In this document: piece by piece, positions 1 through 8,879 of the stretch
Position numbering within the stretch: position 1 is the first letter of the stretch
Layout of the letters: each line of letters opens with the position of its first letter
DNA from: Candidatus Adlerbacteria bacterium
GTDB taxonomy: Bacteria; Patescibacteriota; Minisyncoccia; Phycocordibacterales; SBAW01
Reading direction: 5' to 3'
Assembly (NCBI GenBank): GCA_963749085.1
Contig: CAVVLG010000002.1
Span: 370,085-434,084, forward strand
Length of the DNA stretch: 64,000 bases
The notes under the pieces: generated by a model
The model's database searches: none
Seen by the model: only the letters and a program-made list of their open reading frames with translations
What the model was told of the DNA's origin: nothing
Made by a program: the position numbers and the translations under genes

Positions 1-1841
1 GGATTGTAGGAGACGACACTGGCTCCCGACAGAGAGGTAGAGCCGAGGAGTCCCAAGGAAGTGGTTGAGACACTAAGTGCGCCGCTCAGATCGGTGAGTC
101 CCGTGCCAAGAAGCGAGGTGAAGTAATTGCCGCTTAAGGAGAAGGTCGAGGTGACGAGATTGGTGGTGGTGGCGTTGGTGGTGGTTGAGTTTTGAGCAGT
201 GAAGTTCTGGAGGGTCGTTGAGCCAGTGGTGAGGAGTGTCGAGAGAGTGGAGAGGCCGGAGACTGCCAAGGTACCGGTTGCAGTGAGGTTGGTTGCGGTT
301 ACGTTACCGGTGAAGAAGCCCGAGCCGTTGACCGCGAAAGTGGCGAAGGGAGAGGTAGTGCCGATGCCGACCGCATTTTTGAAGTAGGCAGAGAGAGGAA
401 CAGAGCTGTTAACCTCCAGAGCAGCGAGAGAGGTGGTGGCCGTTGAGCCAATGAGAACTTGATTGGTGGTGGTGGCCAAGTACAGGCCGGAGTTGTTGAA
501 GAACACCCAATTGCCATCACTACCGCCTCCACCTCCGGTGCCGCAGATAACCGAACCTGAGGGATTGGTCTCCAGGGTGCAGTTGCCGAAGCCGCCTGCG
601 GTAAGAGACAGCGTACCGGCAAGTACGAAATTCTCCGCAGAGAGGGTTTTAGTTGAGGTGGCGAAGGAGAAGGAGGAGTCTGCGGCTAAGGTGGTCCCGT
701 TAGTGAATTGGACCAAGCCCGGCGTGCCAGTGGCAACCGCAGTACCGCTGCCACTCCCGATACATACCCCATTGATGCTAAAGCAGCCGCTCCCGAGATT
801 GATACCTGCTGCAAAACTTGATGTTGCAGTATTGGTGCTGGTGAAGGTGCCGGTGAAATCTCCACTGGCATTGTTGAAAGAGGAATTGTTGATGGTACTG
901 GCGGCGATGGTAACGTTGTTCAATTGACCGATGTTTTGTGCCAGCGCGATGTTGTTGGTGTAGCCGCCGGTTGCGGGAAGAGAATTGGGGGTGCTTTGAT
1001 TTTGATAGATGAGCGAAGTTAAGGAATTGGAGAGCGCGGTGAGTTGCTCAGTGAGATCAGCTTGAGTGATACCGACTGGAGGACTACTGCTTTCTACTAG
1101 GGTACGCTCGATGATGGGTTGAGTGATATTTTCGACTATGGTTGGGGTTTGATTTACAGTGGCAGTGGGACTTGAAGTCGATTCTGTTGACGAGGTGAGA
1201 GGTACCGAGGGCTGCGGCGAGGTAGGTTCAGATACTGCAACGTTAATTGAATTGTTGGAAGGGAAAAAATACGCAAATATATTCGAAAAGAAATTGGAGG
1301 TAAATGGATTTGATATCTGAGGTATTGCAAGCAGCGGTGGTTTCGTGACGAAGAACGGCGATTCGATCTGGGCCAAAGCTGCGGTAAGCGTTTGCGAATT
1401 ACTTATACTCTGGGCAGGTATACCAAAAAATCGATTTCCAGTGGGAGACGCGACCGTGCCGGCAAAGACAACCGAGATTAGAAGAAACGTCGTACCAATC
1501 GCGAGGCCCAGAGGTCTGGTTATGGAAAAGGCAGATTTTGTTTTGCCTTTGGGGAGAGAACCCGGTAGACCGTTTAATTTTCGATAGAGTTCGTTCTCTT
1601 TCCGGCGCTCCCCAGCAAGATTCTCGGCACGAAGAGATTTGGATTCCCTGCGATCAGATTGAAATTTAATTATCGAAGCCTCCTGAACAAACCACGCATT
1701 ATCAATCCTTTGCCCTACCAGTTTGCCTTCTCGGCAGAGTTTACCGACATAGTCCGGAGCACAGTTGAGAAGCTTTGCTGCAGCGCGGGCCGAAAGCATA
1801 GGTTCACCAGTATTTGCAAAAATTTTCTTAGGCAATGACAT
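1..1841 (-). CDS. Large membrane-anchored cell-surface repeat protein (partial; C-terminus beyond window start). N-terminal HTH-like domain, one TM helix, then long Thr/Ser/Gly/Asn-rich beta-repeat ectodomain with tail-fibre-like IGSTATTSLAALEV / VGIGTTSPFATFAV motifs.
   Basis: Manual translation of minus strand: open frame from ATG at 1841-1839 (MSLPKKIFANTGEPMLSARAAAKLLNCAPDYVGKLCREGKLVGQRIDNAWFV...) through TM segment GLAIGTTFLLISVVFAGTV and >400 aa of T/S/G/N-rich repeats to position 1 without a stop. The ORF track lists only short antisense ORFs here, presumably because the gene is edge-truncated. Confidence 0.6.
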   Translation of the reverse strand, partial: MSLPKKIFANTGEPMLSARAAAKLLNCAPDYVGKLCREGKLVGQRIDNAWFVQEASIIKFQSDRRESKSLRAENLAGERRKENELYRKLNGLPGSLPKGKTKSAFSITRPLGLAIGTTFLLISVVFAGTVASPTGNRFFGIPAQSISNSQTLTAALAQIESPFFVTKPPLLAIPQISNPFTSNFFSNIFAYFFPSNNSINVAVSEPTSPQPSVPLTSSTESTSSPTATVNQTPTIVENITQPIIERTLVESSSPPVGITQADLTEQLTALSNSLTSLIYQNQSTPNSLPATGGYTNNIALAQNIGQLNNVTIAASTINNSSFNNASGDFTGTFTSTNTATSSFAAGINLGSGCFSINGVCIGSGSGTAVATGTPGLVQFTNGTTLAADSSFSFATSTKTLSAENFVLAGTLSLTAGGFGNCTLETNPSGSVICGTGGGGGSDGNWVFFNNSGLYLATTTNQVLIGSTATTSLAALEVNSSVPLSAYFKNAVGIGTTSPFATFAVNGSGFFTGNVTATNLTATGTLAVSGLSTLSTLLTTGSTTLQNFTAQNSTTTNATTTNLVTSTFSLSGNYFTSLLGTGLTDLSGALSVSTTSLGLLGSTSLSGASVVSYN

Positions 1842-1966
1842 GAACGATAAAACTTTTGTTTACATAGAGAGTTCGGCTTTACCGCTTTTAAGTTTAACTG
1901 GACTTTCATACTATTTGATGTAAATAGAAGTAAATTCTGTGGACAGAATGCGCAGTACAAGGGCAA

Positions 1967-2505
1967 TTTTAACTTTATTTTGAGGGTTAAAATAACAAAA
2001 AAAAGAATATAAAAAATTAAAAATATATATTCAACAAAATCGGATTCTCGTAAAAAATTAAATAGAAAGTGGATATAAATTATAAGCTTTATATTATGGT
2101 TATATCGGCTGTGCCAGGCGATATCTCGTCTAAACTTTGACAGAATCTTGAATAAAAAACGCGCATAAAAATTTGTTACTAACCATAGTTAAATTTGATA
2201 TCATTGAGATCAATTTTTTCCTATTGTAACCTTATTGTTACGTACACACGCTTCTCTTTTACCGATTTTTAATTTGACTCACTCTTATTAATGAGTCCCT
2301 ATAATCAATTTGTTGCATCTGCTGCTTTGACACCAAATATATAATACCCGAGATATCCTTAAATTCGAGGCTTAATTTAAAAATCTCGGATACATTAGAC
2401 CAGTAGTATGAATCTGCGTATATCCTTATTTTTAATTTGGAACCTTCGGAAAATTCCTTAAAAACAGAATATTTGACGGATTAATACAATGATGCCGAAA
2501 CAGCA
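1967..2505. promoter_or_regulatory. Markedly AT-rich non-coding spacer between two minus-strand genes; probable promoter/5' leader region of the large surface-protein gene
   Basis: No ORF >60 aa; long A/T runs and many TATAAT/TTGACA-like hexamers; flanked by gene end at 2506 and gene start at 1841. Confidence 0.3.
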
Positions 2506-3222
2506 CTAAAATGAGTACCTAGCGCTTGCTGGCTGACTTCCCTCCACAGTCGTTACCGAACTCAACTTAGCGGAGAGAAGGGTAACTAACCCAAAGAATA
2601 TGCCGCCGATAACAAGTAAGGTTCCAATCCGTACCGCCATTATACGCCACTTAGCCGGCGAATAATGTTTTTTCTCTATAATGGTGATCGCCTCGGCATC
2701 CCTCTTCCACATAGGAGCAGTGGTTATGGGTACACGTTGTATGGGAGGGAAAAAGGGCGAAGTATCGACCACATAGCGTAAACCCCCATGGCTTTCGTTT
2801 CTTTGTTCAGAAACTTTATTTACCGCGATATGATGCATCTCAGGATCTTTTTCTATCTTTTCTGCAACCAATGCCGCGATTTCCTTTTTTAGCTCTTCAA
2901 CTTTTATTTCAACGCTCTGCTCTTTTTCTTTTTCTTGAATTCTCGAAGCATGCGGTTCTACTACTTCTGGTAAGGATTCTTTGATAGCTGGCATTTTCAA
3001 TACATCCTTCGAGCCGTGTATATGGGGAGAAGCTTCTTTCCCGAGATATTCGGTGAGCGAGTCCTCATTTACATACCATGCCCTGCCGATTTTTTGACCT
3101 TCAACTTTACCAGCGCGTACCAACTGTCCAATATAGTCTGGGTGATATTTATGTGCTTTCCCAGCACGTCGAGACGATATGTACCGCTTGCCCGAGATTT
3201 CTAGCTCATCCATGCCCCCCAA
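2506..3222 (-). CDS. Membrane-tethered HTH protein: N-terminal excisionase/MerR-like HTH, E/K-rich coiled-coil linker, C-terminal TM helix
   Basis: 238-aa ORF; N-terminus YISSRRAGKAHKYHPDYIGQLVRAGKVEGQKIGRAWYVNEDSL is paralogous to the N-terminus of the 1..1841 gene; EKEKEQSVEIKVEELKKEIAALVAEKIEK linker; hydrophobic IMAVRIGTLLVIGGIFFGLVTLL near C-terminus. Confidence 0.5.
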   Translation of the reverse strand: MGGMDELEISGKRYISSRRAGKAHKYHPDYIGQLVRAGKVEGQKIGRAWYVNEDSLTEYLGKEASPHIHGSKDVLKMPAIKESLPEVVEPHASRIQEKEKEQSVEIKVEELKKEIAALVAEKIEKDPEMHHIAVNKVSEQRNESHGGLRYVVDTSPFFPPIQRVPITTAPMWKRDAEAITIIEKKHYSPAKWRIMAVRIGTLLVIGGIFFGLVTLLSAKLSSVTTVEGSQPASARYSF

Positions 3223-3228
3223 GTATAC

Positions 3229-4638
3229 CTAGGAGAGAATTTTTTGTATAGCTGACTGTAATGTCTGAGGATTAGCTGAGCCTCTGGTTTCTTTCATCCC
3301 CTGCCCCACCAGGAACTGGAGGGCCGCTTCTTTACCAGCCTTATAATCGGCGGCGACCTCTGGATGTGCATCAATCACCTTTTGCGCGACTGCCGCGAGT
3401 ATACCTTCATCGCTTTGTTGTATAAGATTTTTCGCGCGCGCGATCACTTCGGGTTCCTCCTCCGACACAATCATCACCTGCAACGTATCCTTCGCCCCAC
3501 GCGAAGAAAGGAGTCCTGTGGATACCAGGTCAATCAAGAGAGCAAATCTTTTGGCATTCTGTGCGGTAAGCCAGGACCGTGTCATCTCGGCCTTTTCTAT
3601 CTTGCCGGCTATGTCGCTTGCAAGGTAATTCGCCAGTAGCGAGGGCACCGTACTATCAGCAGGGGTTGAGAATGCAAGTGCGTTGTCGAAAAAATCTCCA
3701 AGCGCACTATCGCGGACGAACATTTCCACATCATCGGACTTAAGGCCGAGGTCAAGATATCTTTTCCGGCGTTGTCCAGGCAGCTCAGGAACTTGCAACC
3801 GGGTAAACCCTTTCACCTCAGAGACGAGGAGTTTCGGTACGTCTGGATCCGGAAAGTAACGGTAATCATGAGACGATTCTTTCTTGCGCTGTGAAAAGGT
3901 TTCTTCTTTCTGCTCGTCCCAACCGCGCGTTTCTTGCACAACGTCTATGCCCTGCTCCAGCAGTTTCTGCTGCCGCTCCAGTTCATAGGCGATAGCCCGC
4001 TCAAGCGAACGAAAGGAATTGAGATTTTTGACCTCTACCTTGGTACCGAGCATGTCATCGTTGCTCACAGATATATTCGCTTCGACGCGCATTTCACCTT
4101 TCTCCATATTGGCCTCCCCCACCCCGAGATACCGCAGGAGCAATTGCAACTCCCGGGCAAAGGCACCGGCCGCTTCTGTGTCGTGTATCACCGGCTCGGT
4201 GACCAATTCCATCAAGGGTACCCCCGCACGATTGTAATCGACCAAACTTCTCTCCCCTTCATGCTGGGAGCGTGCGGTGTCTTCTTCCAGATGTATACGC
4301 GTCAGCGCAACACCGCGCAGCGACCCACCGACTACTAGTGGATATTGATACTGGCTTATTTGGTAGCCTTTGGGTATATCGGGATAGAAATAATTTTTTC
4401 TATCAAACTCGCTGAAATCAGCAGGCACACTGCCGAGTGCCTCGCCCACGAGTAAGACCTTGTGCACTGCTTCCTTATTTATGACCGGCAGAGTCCCCGG
4501 ATGGGCCGTGCATACCGGACAAATATTCGTATTGGCTTTCTTTTCGTTCGGATCATTGAGGCATGCGCAAAACATCTTGGTTCTGGTTTTGAGCTCCGCA
4601 TGAATCTCAAGGCCTATCGTGGCACGGTAGTCGCTCAT
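3229..4638 (-). CDS. gatB: Asp-tRNA(Asn)/Glu-tRNA(Gln) amidotransferase subunit B
   Basis: 469 aa; MSDYRATIGLEIHAELKTRTKMFCAC...CPVCTAHPGTLPV N-terminal GatB signature, full-length. Confidence 0.95.
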   Translation of the reverse strand: MSDYRATIGLEIHAELKTRTKMFCACLNDPNEKKANTNICPVCTAHPGTLPVINKEAVHKVLLVGEALGSVPADFSEFDRKNYFYPDIPKGYQISQYQYPLVVGGSLRGVALTRIHLEEDTARSQHEGERSLVDYNRAGVPLMELVTEPVIHDTEAAGAFARELQLLLRYLGVGEANMEKGEMRVEANISVSNDDMLGTKVEVKNLNSFRSLERAIAYELERQQKLLEQGIDVVQETRGWDEQKEETFSQRKKESSHDYRYFPDPDVPKLLVSEVKGFTRLQVPELPGQRRKRYLDLGLKSDDVEMFVRDSALGDFFDNALAFSTPADSTVPSLLANYLASDIAGKIEKAEMTRSWLTAQNAKRFALLIDLVSTGLLSSRGAKDTLQVMIVSEEEPEVIARAKNLIQQSDEGILAAVAQKVIDAHPEVAADYKAGKEAALQFLVGQGMKETRGSANPQTLQSAIQKILS

Positions 4639-4685
4639 ACTATATGTAGTATGTAGAGCAATATAGCAGAACTATCACGCCGTAC

Positions 4686-5681
4686 CTAACCTTTTGGTGC
4701 AGACAGTTGGCGTAGGTGTGCAACAATTACCTGTCTGAGTCCCTCCACCAATCCATCGTCAAGGATAGAAACGTAGAAGAACTCCCTATCTTGATGGGAG
4801 AGGACATGCTCCATGAGCTCCTCTATATCCTTCTGTTCTCGGGTATCCGACTTCGTAAAGACGATAATTTCGGGTTTCTCGGCTAAAATACCGCCCTCGA
4901 ACTTCTCAATCTCGTGCCGGACCACCTTGTAATTGGCAAACACATCATCCGCGGATTCAAGTGAGATGCAGTGTATGAGAAGTCCGGTACGGGCTATATG
5001 GCGCAGAAATTTCGATCCTAACCCTTTTCCACCCGAGGCGCCTTCAATAAGGCCGGGGATATCCGCAATAATATAGCCCCATAGCGCCCCGAGATTAGGA
5101 TCAAGCGTGGTGAAGGCGTACGGAGCCACTTTGCCCACGGCGTGGGTGAGCGCGTTAAGGAGCGATGTTTTACCGGCATTCGGCAGGCCGATAAGCCCGG
5201 CGTCGGCGATGAGGCGCAACTCAATATGGAGCGTTGCCGACTCACCTTTCATACCCGGCGTGCTCTTTATAGGAGTCCGGTTTACCGAGGATTTAAACAC
5301 GGCGTTGCCGGCGCCTCCGCGCCCGCCCTTAAGCAGAAGTGTCTTCTCGCCTTCCTTCAGGAGTTCGTGGATCTCTCCCGTGTCGGTATTCTTGATTATC
5401 GAGCCGACCGGCAGATCAATGACCAAATCATCCCCATTGCGACCATATTTATTCGAACTCTCCCCCGGGGCGCCGTCCCGCGCGCTGAAACTTTTCTCCC
5501 CCCGGTAGCGGGAGAGCAAATTGACGTCGCGCACGGCGCACGCACGCACGTCGCCCCCGTTGCCGCCGTTTCCTCCCGCGGGACCGGAAAATTCCTTTCC
5601 TTTCAAGTGAAGCCAGCGCACGACGCCGTCGCCGCCACTTCCGGCACGCGCGAAAATCGTCAACTCGTCGACAAACGCCAT
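4686..5681 (-). CDS. obg: GTPase Obg/CgtA
   Basis: 331 aa; N-terminal Obg fold with glycine-rich GGDGG/GGNGG repeats, G-domain DAGLIGLPNAGKTSLLNAL, DIPGLIEGA. Confidence 0.95.
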   Translation of the reverse strand: MAFVDELTIFARAGSGGDGVVRWLHLKGKEFSGPAGGNGGNGGDVRACAVRDVNLLSRYRGEKSFSARDGAPGESSNKYGRNGDDLVIDLPVGSIIKNTDTGEIHELLKEGEKTLLLKGGRGGAGNAVFKSSVNRTPIKSTPGMKGESATLHIELRLIADAGLIGLPNAGKTSLLNALTHAVGKVAPYAFTTLDPNLGALWGYIIADIPGLIEGASGGKGLGSKFLRHIARTGLLIHCISLESADDVFANYKVVRHEIEKFEGGILAEKPEIIVFTKSDTREQKDIEELMEHVLSHQDREFFYVSILDDGLVEGLRQVIVAHLRQLSAPKG

Positions 5682-5691
5682 GGTACAGATG

Positions 5692-6027
5692 CTAGAGCGC
5701 GAGGTGGAGCACCCATCCCACCAGGGTCAATATGACGGAGCCCTCAAGCGCGGGAATAAAACCGGCGACCGAAAAACCGGCCACAAACGTGGCAATAAAC
5801 CAAAAGAGCAGAGCGTTGATGATGAAGGAGAAGAGGCCGAATGTAATGAGATTGATGGGAAGCGCGAGTAGATTGAGAATAGGGCGCACGGTGAGTCCGA
5901 ATATTCCCCACACGATCGCGACGATGAGCGCCGTATAGAAGCTCTGAACCGCGATGCCCGGCACGTAGTTGGCGATAAGCAAGAGCGCCGCTGCAATGAC
6001 CAGAATCCGTATGAGTATCTTAATCAT
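5692..6027 (-). CDS. Small 4-TM membrane protein of the DUF360 / phage-holin-family-IV-like (YvlD-like) type
   Basis: 111 aa; MIKILIRILVIAAALLLIANYVPGI...RPILNLLALPINLITFGLFSFIINALLF pattern typical of DUF360. Confidence 0.55.
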   Translation of the reverse strand: MIKILIRILVIAAALLLIANYVPGIAVQSFYTALIVAIVWGIFGLTVRPILNLLALPINLITFGLFSFIINALLFWFIATFVAGFSVAGFIPALEGSVILTLVGWVLHLAL

Positions 6028-6044
6028 GGCCTCATCCTACTCTC

Positions 6045-6815
6045 TTACATGTGCTGAAGCAACGGGGTGTAGAACACGTTGAAGAAACTGAGACCCCAGG
6101 AGGTGAGAAGACCCATATCACCGAGAAGCATGAGTATACCCGTAGATAGAAGTCCTATCCCACCGACGATGGAGAGTACTCGGATAAGGAGGGAGAGGTG
6201 TGCGAGCACCATGGACGCTTTTTGAAGAAAGAGTGCCGTAAGAAGAAAGGGTATACCAAGTCCGAGCGAAAATATGGCCAGAAGGAATGCTCCTTGCAAT
6301 ACCGCCGAAGGACTCGCCGCTAAAAGCGATATGGTCAGGACCGCACCGAGTATGGGTCCCACGCATGGACTCCAACCGAACGCAAACAGCGCACCGATGA
6401 GAATAGAGCTCTCCCACCGTCCAAGCGTTATGAAATGTGGGATACGCAACGAGGCGCTTGAGGAAAGCGCTGGTATGCGCACGATGCCGAGCATGGTGAG
6501 ACCAAAAATAATGAGTATCGCCCCCCCCACACGTCCCAGGACGTCGCGCCAGGGTCCTATAACGGCGCCGATAGCCCCGGCAAACGTCCCTAAGAGAATA
6601 AACACGATTGAGAATCCAATAACGAAAGCGAACGCATTCGATACGATCCGTGTGCGCGCGCCGCGAGCTTCAACCGCGCTCTCGGGTACCCCGGCAATAA
6701 ACGCCAGGTAACCGGGCACAATGGGCAAGGTGCAGGGCGCGAGAAACATCAAAATACCGGCAAGGAACGCGGCGGGCGCCAGCGTGAGCGTAGCAAAAGG
6801 GGCCATTACGGTCAT
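6045..6815 (-). CDS. ccdA: Cytochrome c biogenesis / thiol-disulfide interchange membrane protein CcdA (DsbD family)
   Basis: 256 aa polytopic membrane protein with the two conserved Cys motifs FLAPCTLPIVPGY and GWSPCVGPILGAVL. Confidence 0.8.
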   Translation of the reverse strand: MTVMAPFATLTLAPAAFLAGILMFLAPCTLPIVPGYLAFIAGVPESAVEARGARTRIVSNAFAFVIGFSIVFILLGTFAGAIGAVIGPWRDVLGRVGGAILIIFGLTMLGIVRIPALSSSASLRIPHFITLGRWESSILIGALFAFGWSPCVGPILGAVLTISLLAASPSAVLQGAFLLAIFSLGLGIPFLLTALFLQKASMVLAHLSLLIRVLSIVGGIGLLSTGILMLLGDMGLLTSWGLSFFNVFYTPLLQHM

Positions 6816-7243
6816 TGTAGCGCCGATTCTATTTTTTTTCGAACACTTCGCAGAAACTCCTTATCCTTAGGGTGCGTGAGCAGTATCAGCGCCTCATCGA
6901 TCGTTACAAATTTCGCGTCGGTTACTTCACTGTCCCGCGGAGCCAATACAAGTTCTTTAGTCCTAAAAAGAAACAGGGTGCGCTTACGATTCCCCAATTC
7001 AATTTGCTCACTTATACCATCTTTTCCGATTGAGTAGCGCTCGTAGGAGCCAAGTTCTGACAGCAATGTCAAATCTGTGATACCCGTTTCCTCGGCGATC
7101 TCGCGTTTAGCTGCAACAAGCGATGTCTCTCCCTGTTCGATCCCGCCTTTGGGGAACGACCATGAATTGCTGTTTTGCTCGACGAGCACAAGCTTGCTGT
7201 CTGTAGTGAGAATAATTCCTCCAGCTGATGCGCGCGGTTGCAT
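6812..7243 (-). CDS. NUDIX hydrolase
   Basis: 143 aa; Nudix box GGIEQGETSLVAAKREIAEETGI; ATGA overlap with ccdA. Confidence 0.8.
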   Translation of the reverse strand: MQPRASAGGIILTTDSKLVLVEQNSNSWSFPKGGIEQGETSLVAAKREIAEETGITDLTLLSELGSYERYSIGKDGISEQIELGNRKRTLFLFRTKELVLAPRDSEVTDAKFVTIDEALILLTHPKDKEFLRSVRKKIESALQ

Positions 7244-7331
7244 ACTATTTTCTTAGTCCTTTGAGCGTCCGCTTATAGCAACTGAAACAGACGTAGAATT
7301 CTTTTATCATACTAGGTATCCCGCTTTCGCC

Positions 7332-8141
7332 TTATCGCTCGTGAACGGTTTCTGAAGTAGAAATGATGCGCATGAGGAGCGCGTGATCGCCCGTATGTTT
7401 GATAAACCACTCCAGCCACGCATGTTGGTCAAGGCGTAAAGCGTCTTTTTCTGATTTTACTTCAGCAAAAAACCACTCCGCCGTTTTTGAGTCCCATACA
7501 AATAGGTCTGGTACTCCGCCACGTACATTCCTTGGTTCGTTATACGCAGTGATGACTTTTCTTAGATCGGGACCGCTCATTATGATCCTGAGGAAGCTAT
7601 CTATAAACTGCTGCCTGAAGGCTATTTTCTGCCGTTGCCACGCTTCGTCATATACGTCGACTGTCGATTGCGTTGCGTTAAAATGATAGGCATTCCATCG
7701 CAATACCGTATTGTTAAGAAGACTTTCAACCCTATGCCTCCCCGCTAAATACTCTGCGAGTAAAGCCCTCCCTTCCGCCCGCAAAGTAACCAACTCTTTC
7801 CTTCGATATCCATGCGCAGTACCCCAGTTGAGAAACACATCATCAAATAGTGAATTCTCACTACTCATCTTTTTATTAATCATGAAAAAATTAAAAAAGG
7901 TCTGGACATCGTCTCCTCGCACCGGTACAAAGCCATGGGTCGCAAAGAATTCAGCTGCGGCGCCTTCTACCCGCAGATTTTTTCCGTTAATGGAAATAAC
8001 GGCTCTTGGTCTACGTCCTCGCCGCTTTGATGCACTTTTTTTATAGGACAGCCGCACCCGCAAGACCGGCAACGTATAGAAAAAGCTATCGTTGGTTTGT
8101 AACGATGCTCTTGGCGCAAGCGCTGAAAATCCGGTTTGCAT
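7332..8141 (-). CDS. VRR-NUC domain (PD-(D/E)xK) nuclease, FAN1-like C-terminus
   Basis: 269 aa; C-terminal GVPDLFVWDSKTAEWFFAEVKSEKDALRLDQHAWLEWF matches VRR-NUC motif (G.PDL...E.K....L...Q..W). Confidence 0.6.
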   Translation of the reverse strand: MQTGFSALAPRASLQTNDSFFYTLPVLRVRLSYKKSASKRRGRRPRAVISINGKNLRVEGAAAEFFATHGFVPVRGDDVQTFFNFFMINKKMSSENSLFDDVFLNWGTAHGYRRKELVTLRAEGRALLAEYLAGRHRVESLLNNTVLRWNAYHFNATQSTVDVYDEAWQRQKIAFRQQFIDSFLRIIMSGPDLRKVITAYNEPRNVRGGVPDLFVWDSKTAEWFFAEVKSEKDALRLDQHAWLEWFIKHTGDHALLMRIISTSETVHER

Positions 8142-8226
8142 ACTATCTTCTTTGTACCATAAGATGCTGATACTCTTCAGTATTTTTCAAACCACAATTT
8201 TTGATATGCGCCTGAAATGGAAAAAA

Positions 8227-8586
8227 TCATCGATCAATTAGACCTAAGCTTACAAGCAGCGCTGCATCAATGTGTTCCATTGTTTCTTTCTGTACAGCAC
8301 CGAGCTTTTTTAAGAGTCTCTGCTTATCAACTGTGCGTATTTGATTCAGTAGTACCATTGAATCACGTCTCAACCCTTTTTGTCTTTCAAGACTAACTTC
8401 GGTTGGATATAACTTCTGTCTATCAAGTGAAGTAATCGCCGCCACAATGGTCACAGGACTATATTGATTACTGACATCGTTTTGGATAATAAGTGCTGGA
8501 CGCGTCTTCTTTATCTCCGAACCCATTGTTGGATCGAATTTTACCAGATATAAATCACCCCGTCTTGGAGAGACGACTCTTACCAT
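8227..8586 (-). CDS. mazF: Type II toxin, MazF/PemK family mRNA interferase
   Basis: 119 aa; RGDLYLVKFDPTMGSEIKKTRPALIIQNDVSNQYSPVTIVAAITS canonical MazF/PemK N-terminus. Confidence 0.85.
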   Translation of the reverse strand: MVRVVSPRRGDLYLVKFDPTMGSEIKKTRPALIIQNDVSNQYSPVTIVAAITSLDRQKLYPTEVSLERQKGLRRDSMVLLNQIRTVDKQRLLKKLGAVQKETMEHIDAALLVSLGLIDR

Positions 8587-8834
8587 GTATCACCGAGATC
8601 GAACATCTCTTCCGCGATCTCAAGATCACGTTTTGCGTTGACTTGCGCGCCCTCTTTAAGAGCCCTGTGCAGATTTGCCACGCTGCGAGTAGTAAGGTAA
8701 AAGTTTATCGCAGCATCAATCAGACGGCTACGATCGCCCTGCTTAGCAACCCGGTCGATGCGCTTAAGTGTCTTGCCAGGCAAGCTAATATTGACTCGCT
8801 CATGGACATCAGTTTTCATGCCTACAGTATACAC
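8580..8834 (-). CDS. Ribbon-helix-helix (CopG-like) antitoxin, cognate of MazF
   Basis: 84 aa; RVNISLPGKTLKRIDRVAKQGDRSRLIDAAINFYL RHH motif; 7-bp overlap with toxin gene, upstream position. Confidence 0.6.
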   Translation of the reverse strand: MYTVGMKTDVHERVNISLPGKTLKRIDRVAKQGDRSRLIDAAINFYLTTRSVANLHRALKEGAQVNAKRDLEIAEEMFDLGDTW

Positions 8835-8879
8835 ACCATATGTGTGTAAAGCAAGTGTGAAGCGAACCTACTCGTGAAA

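Noticed and set aside
199-927. Plus-strand ORFs 199..387 and 463..927, and the minus-strand fragments 299..622 and 686..871
   Set aside because: They lie antisense or out of frame within the long open minus-strand frame of the surface-repeat protein (1..1841), which I translated without stops. Low-complexity Pro/Val/Ala-rich products are typical of antisense translation of T/S/G-rich coding sequence.
1345-1966. ORFs 1345..1587 (+) and 1715..1966 (-)
   Set aside because: Both overlap the N-terminal HTH/TM coding region of the 1..1841 gene in other frames. The true frame gives a coherent HTH + TM + repeat protein starting at ATG 1841.
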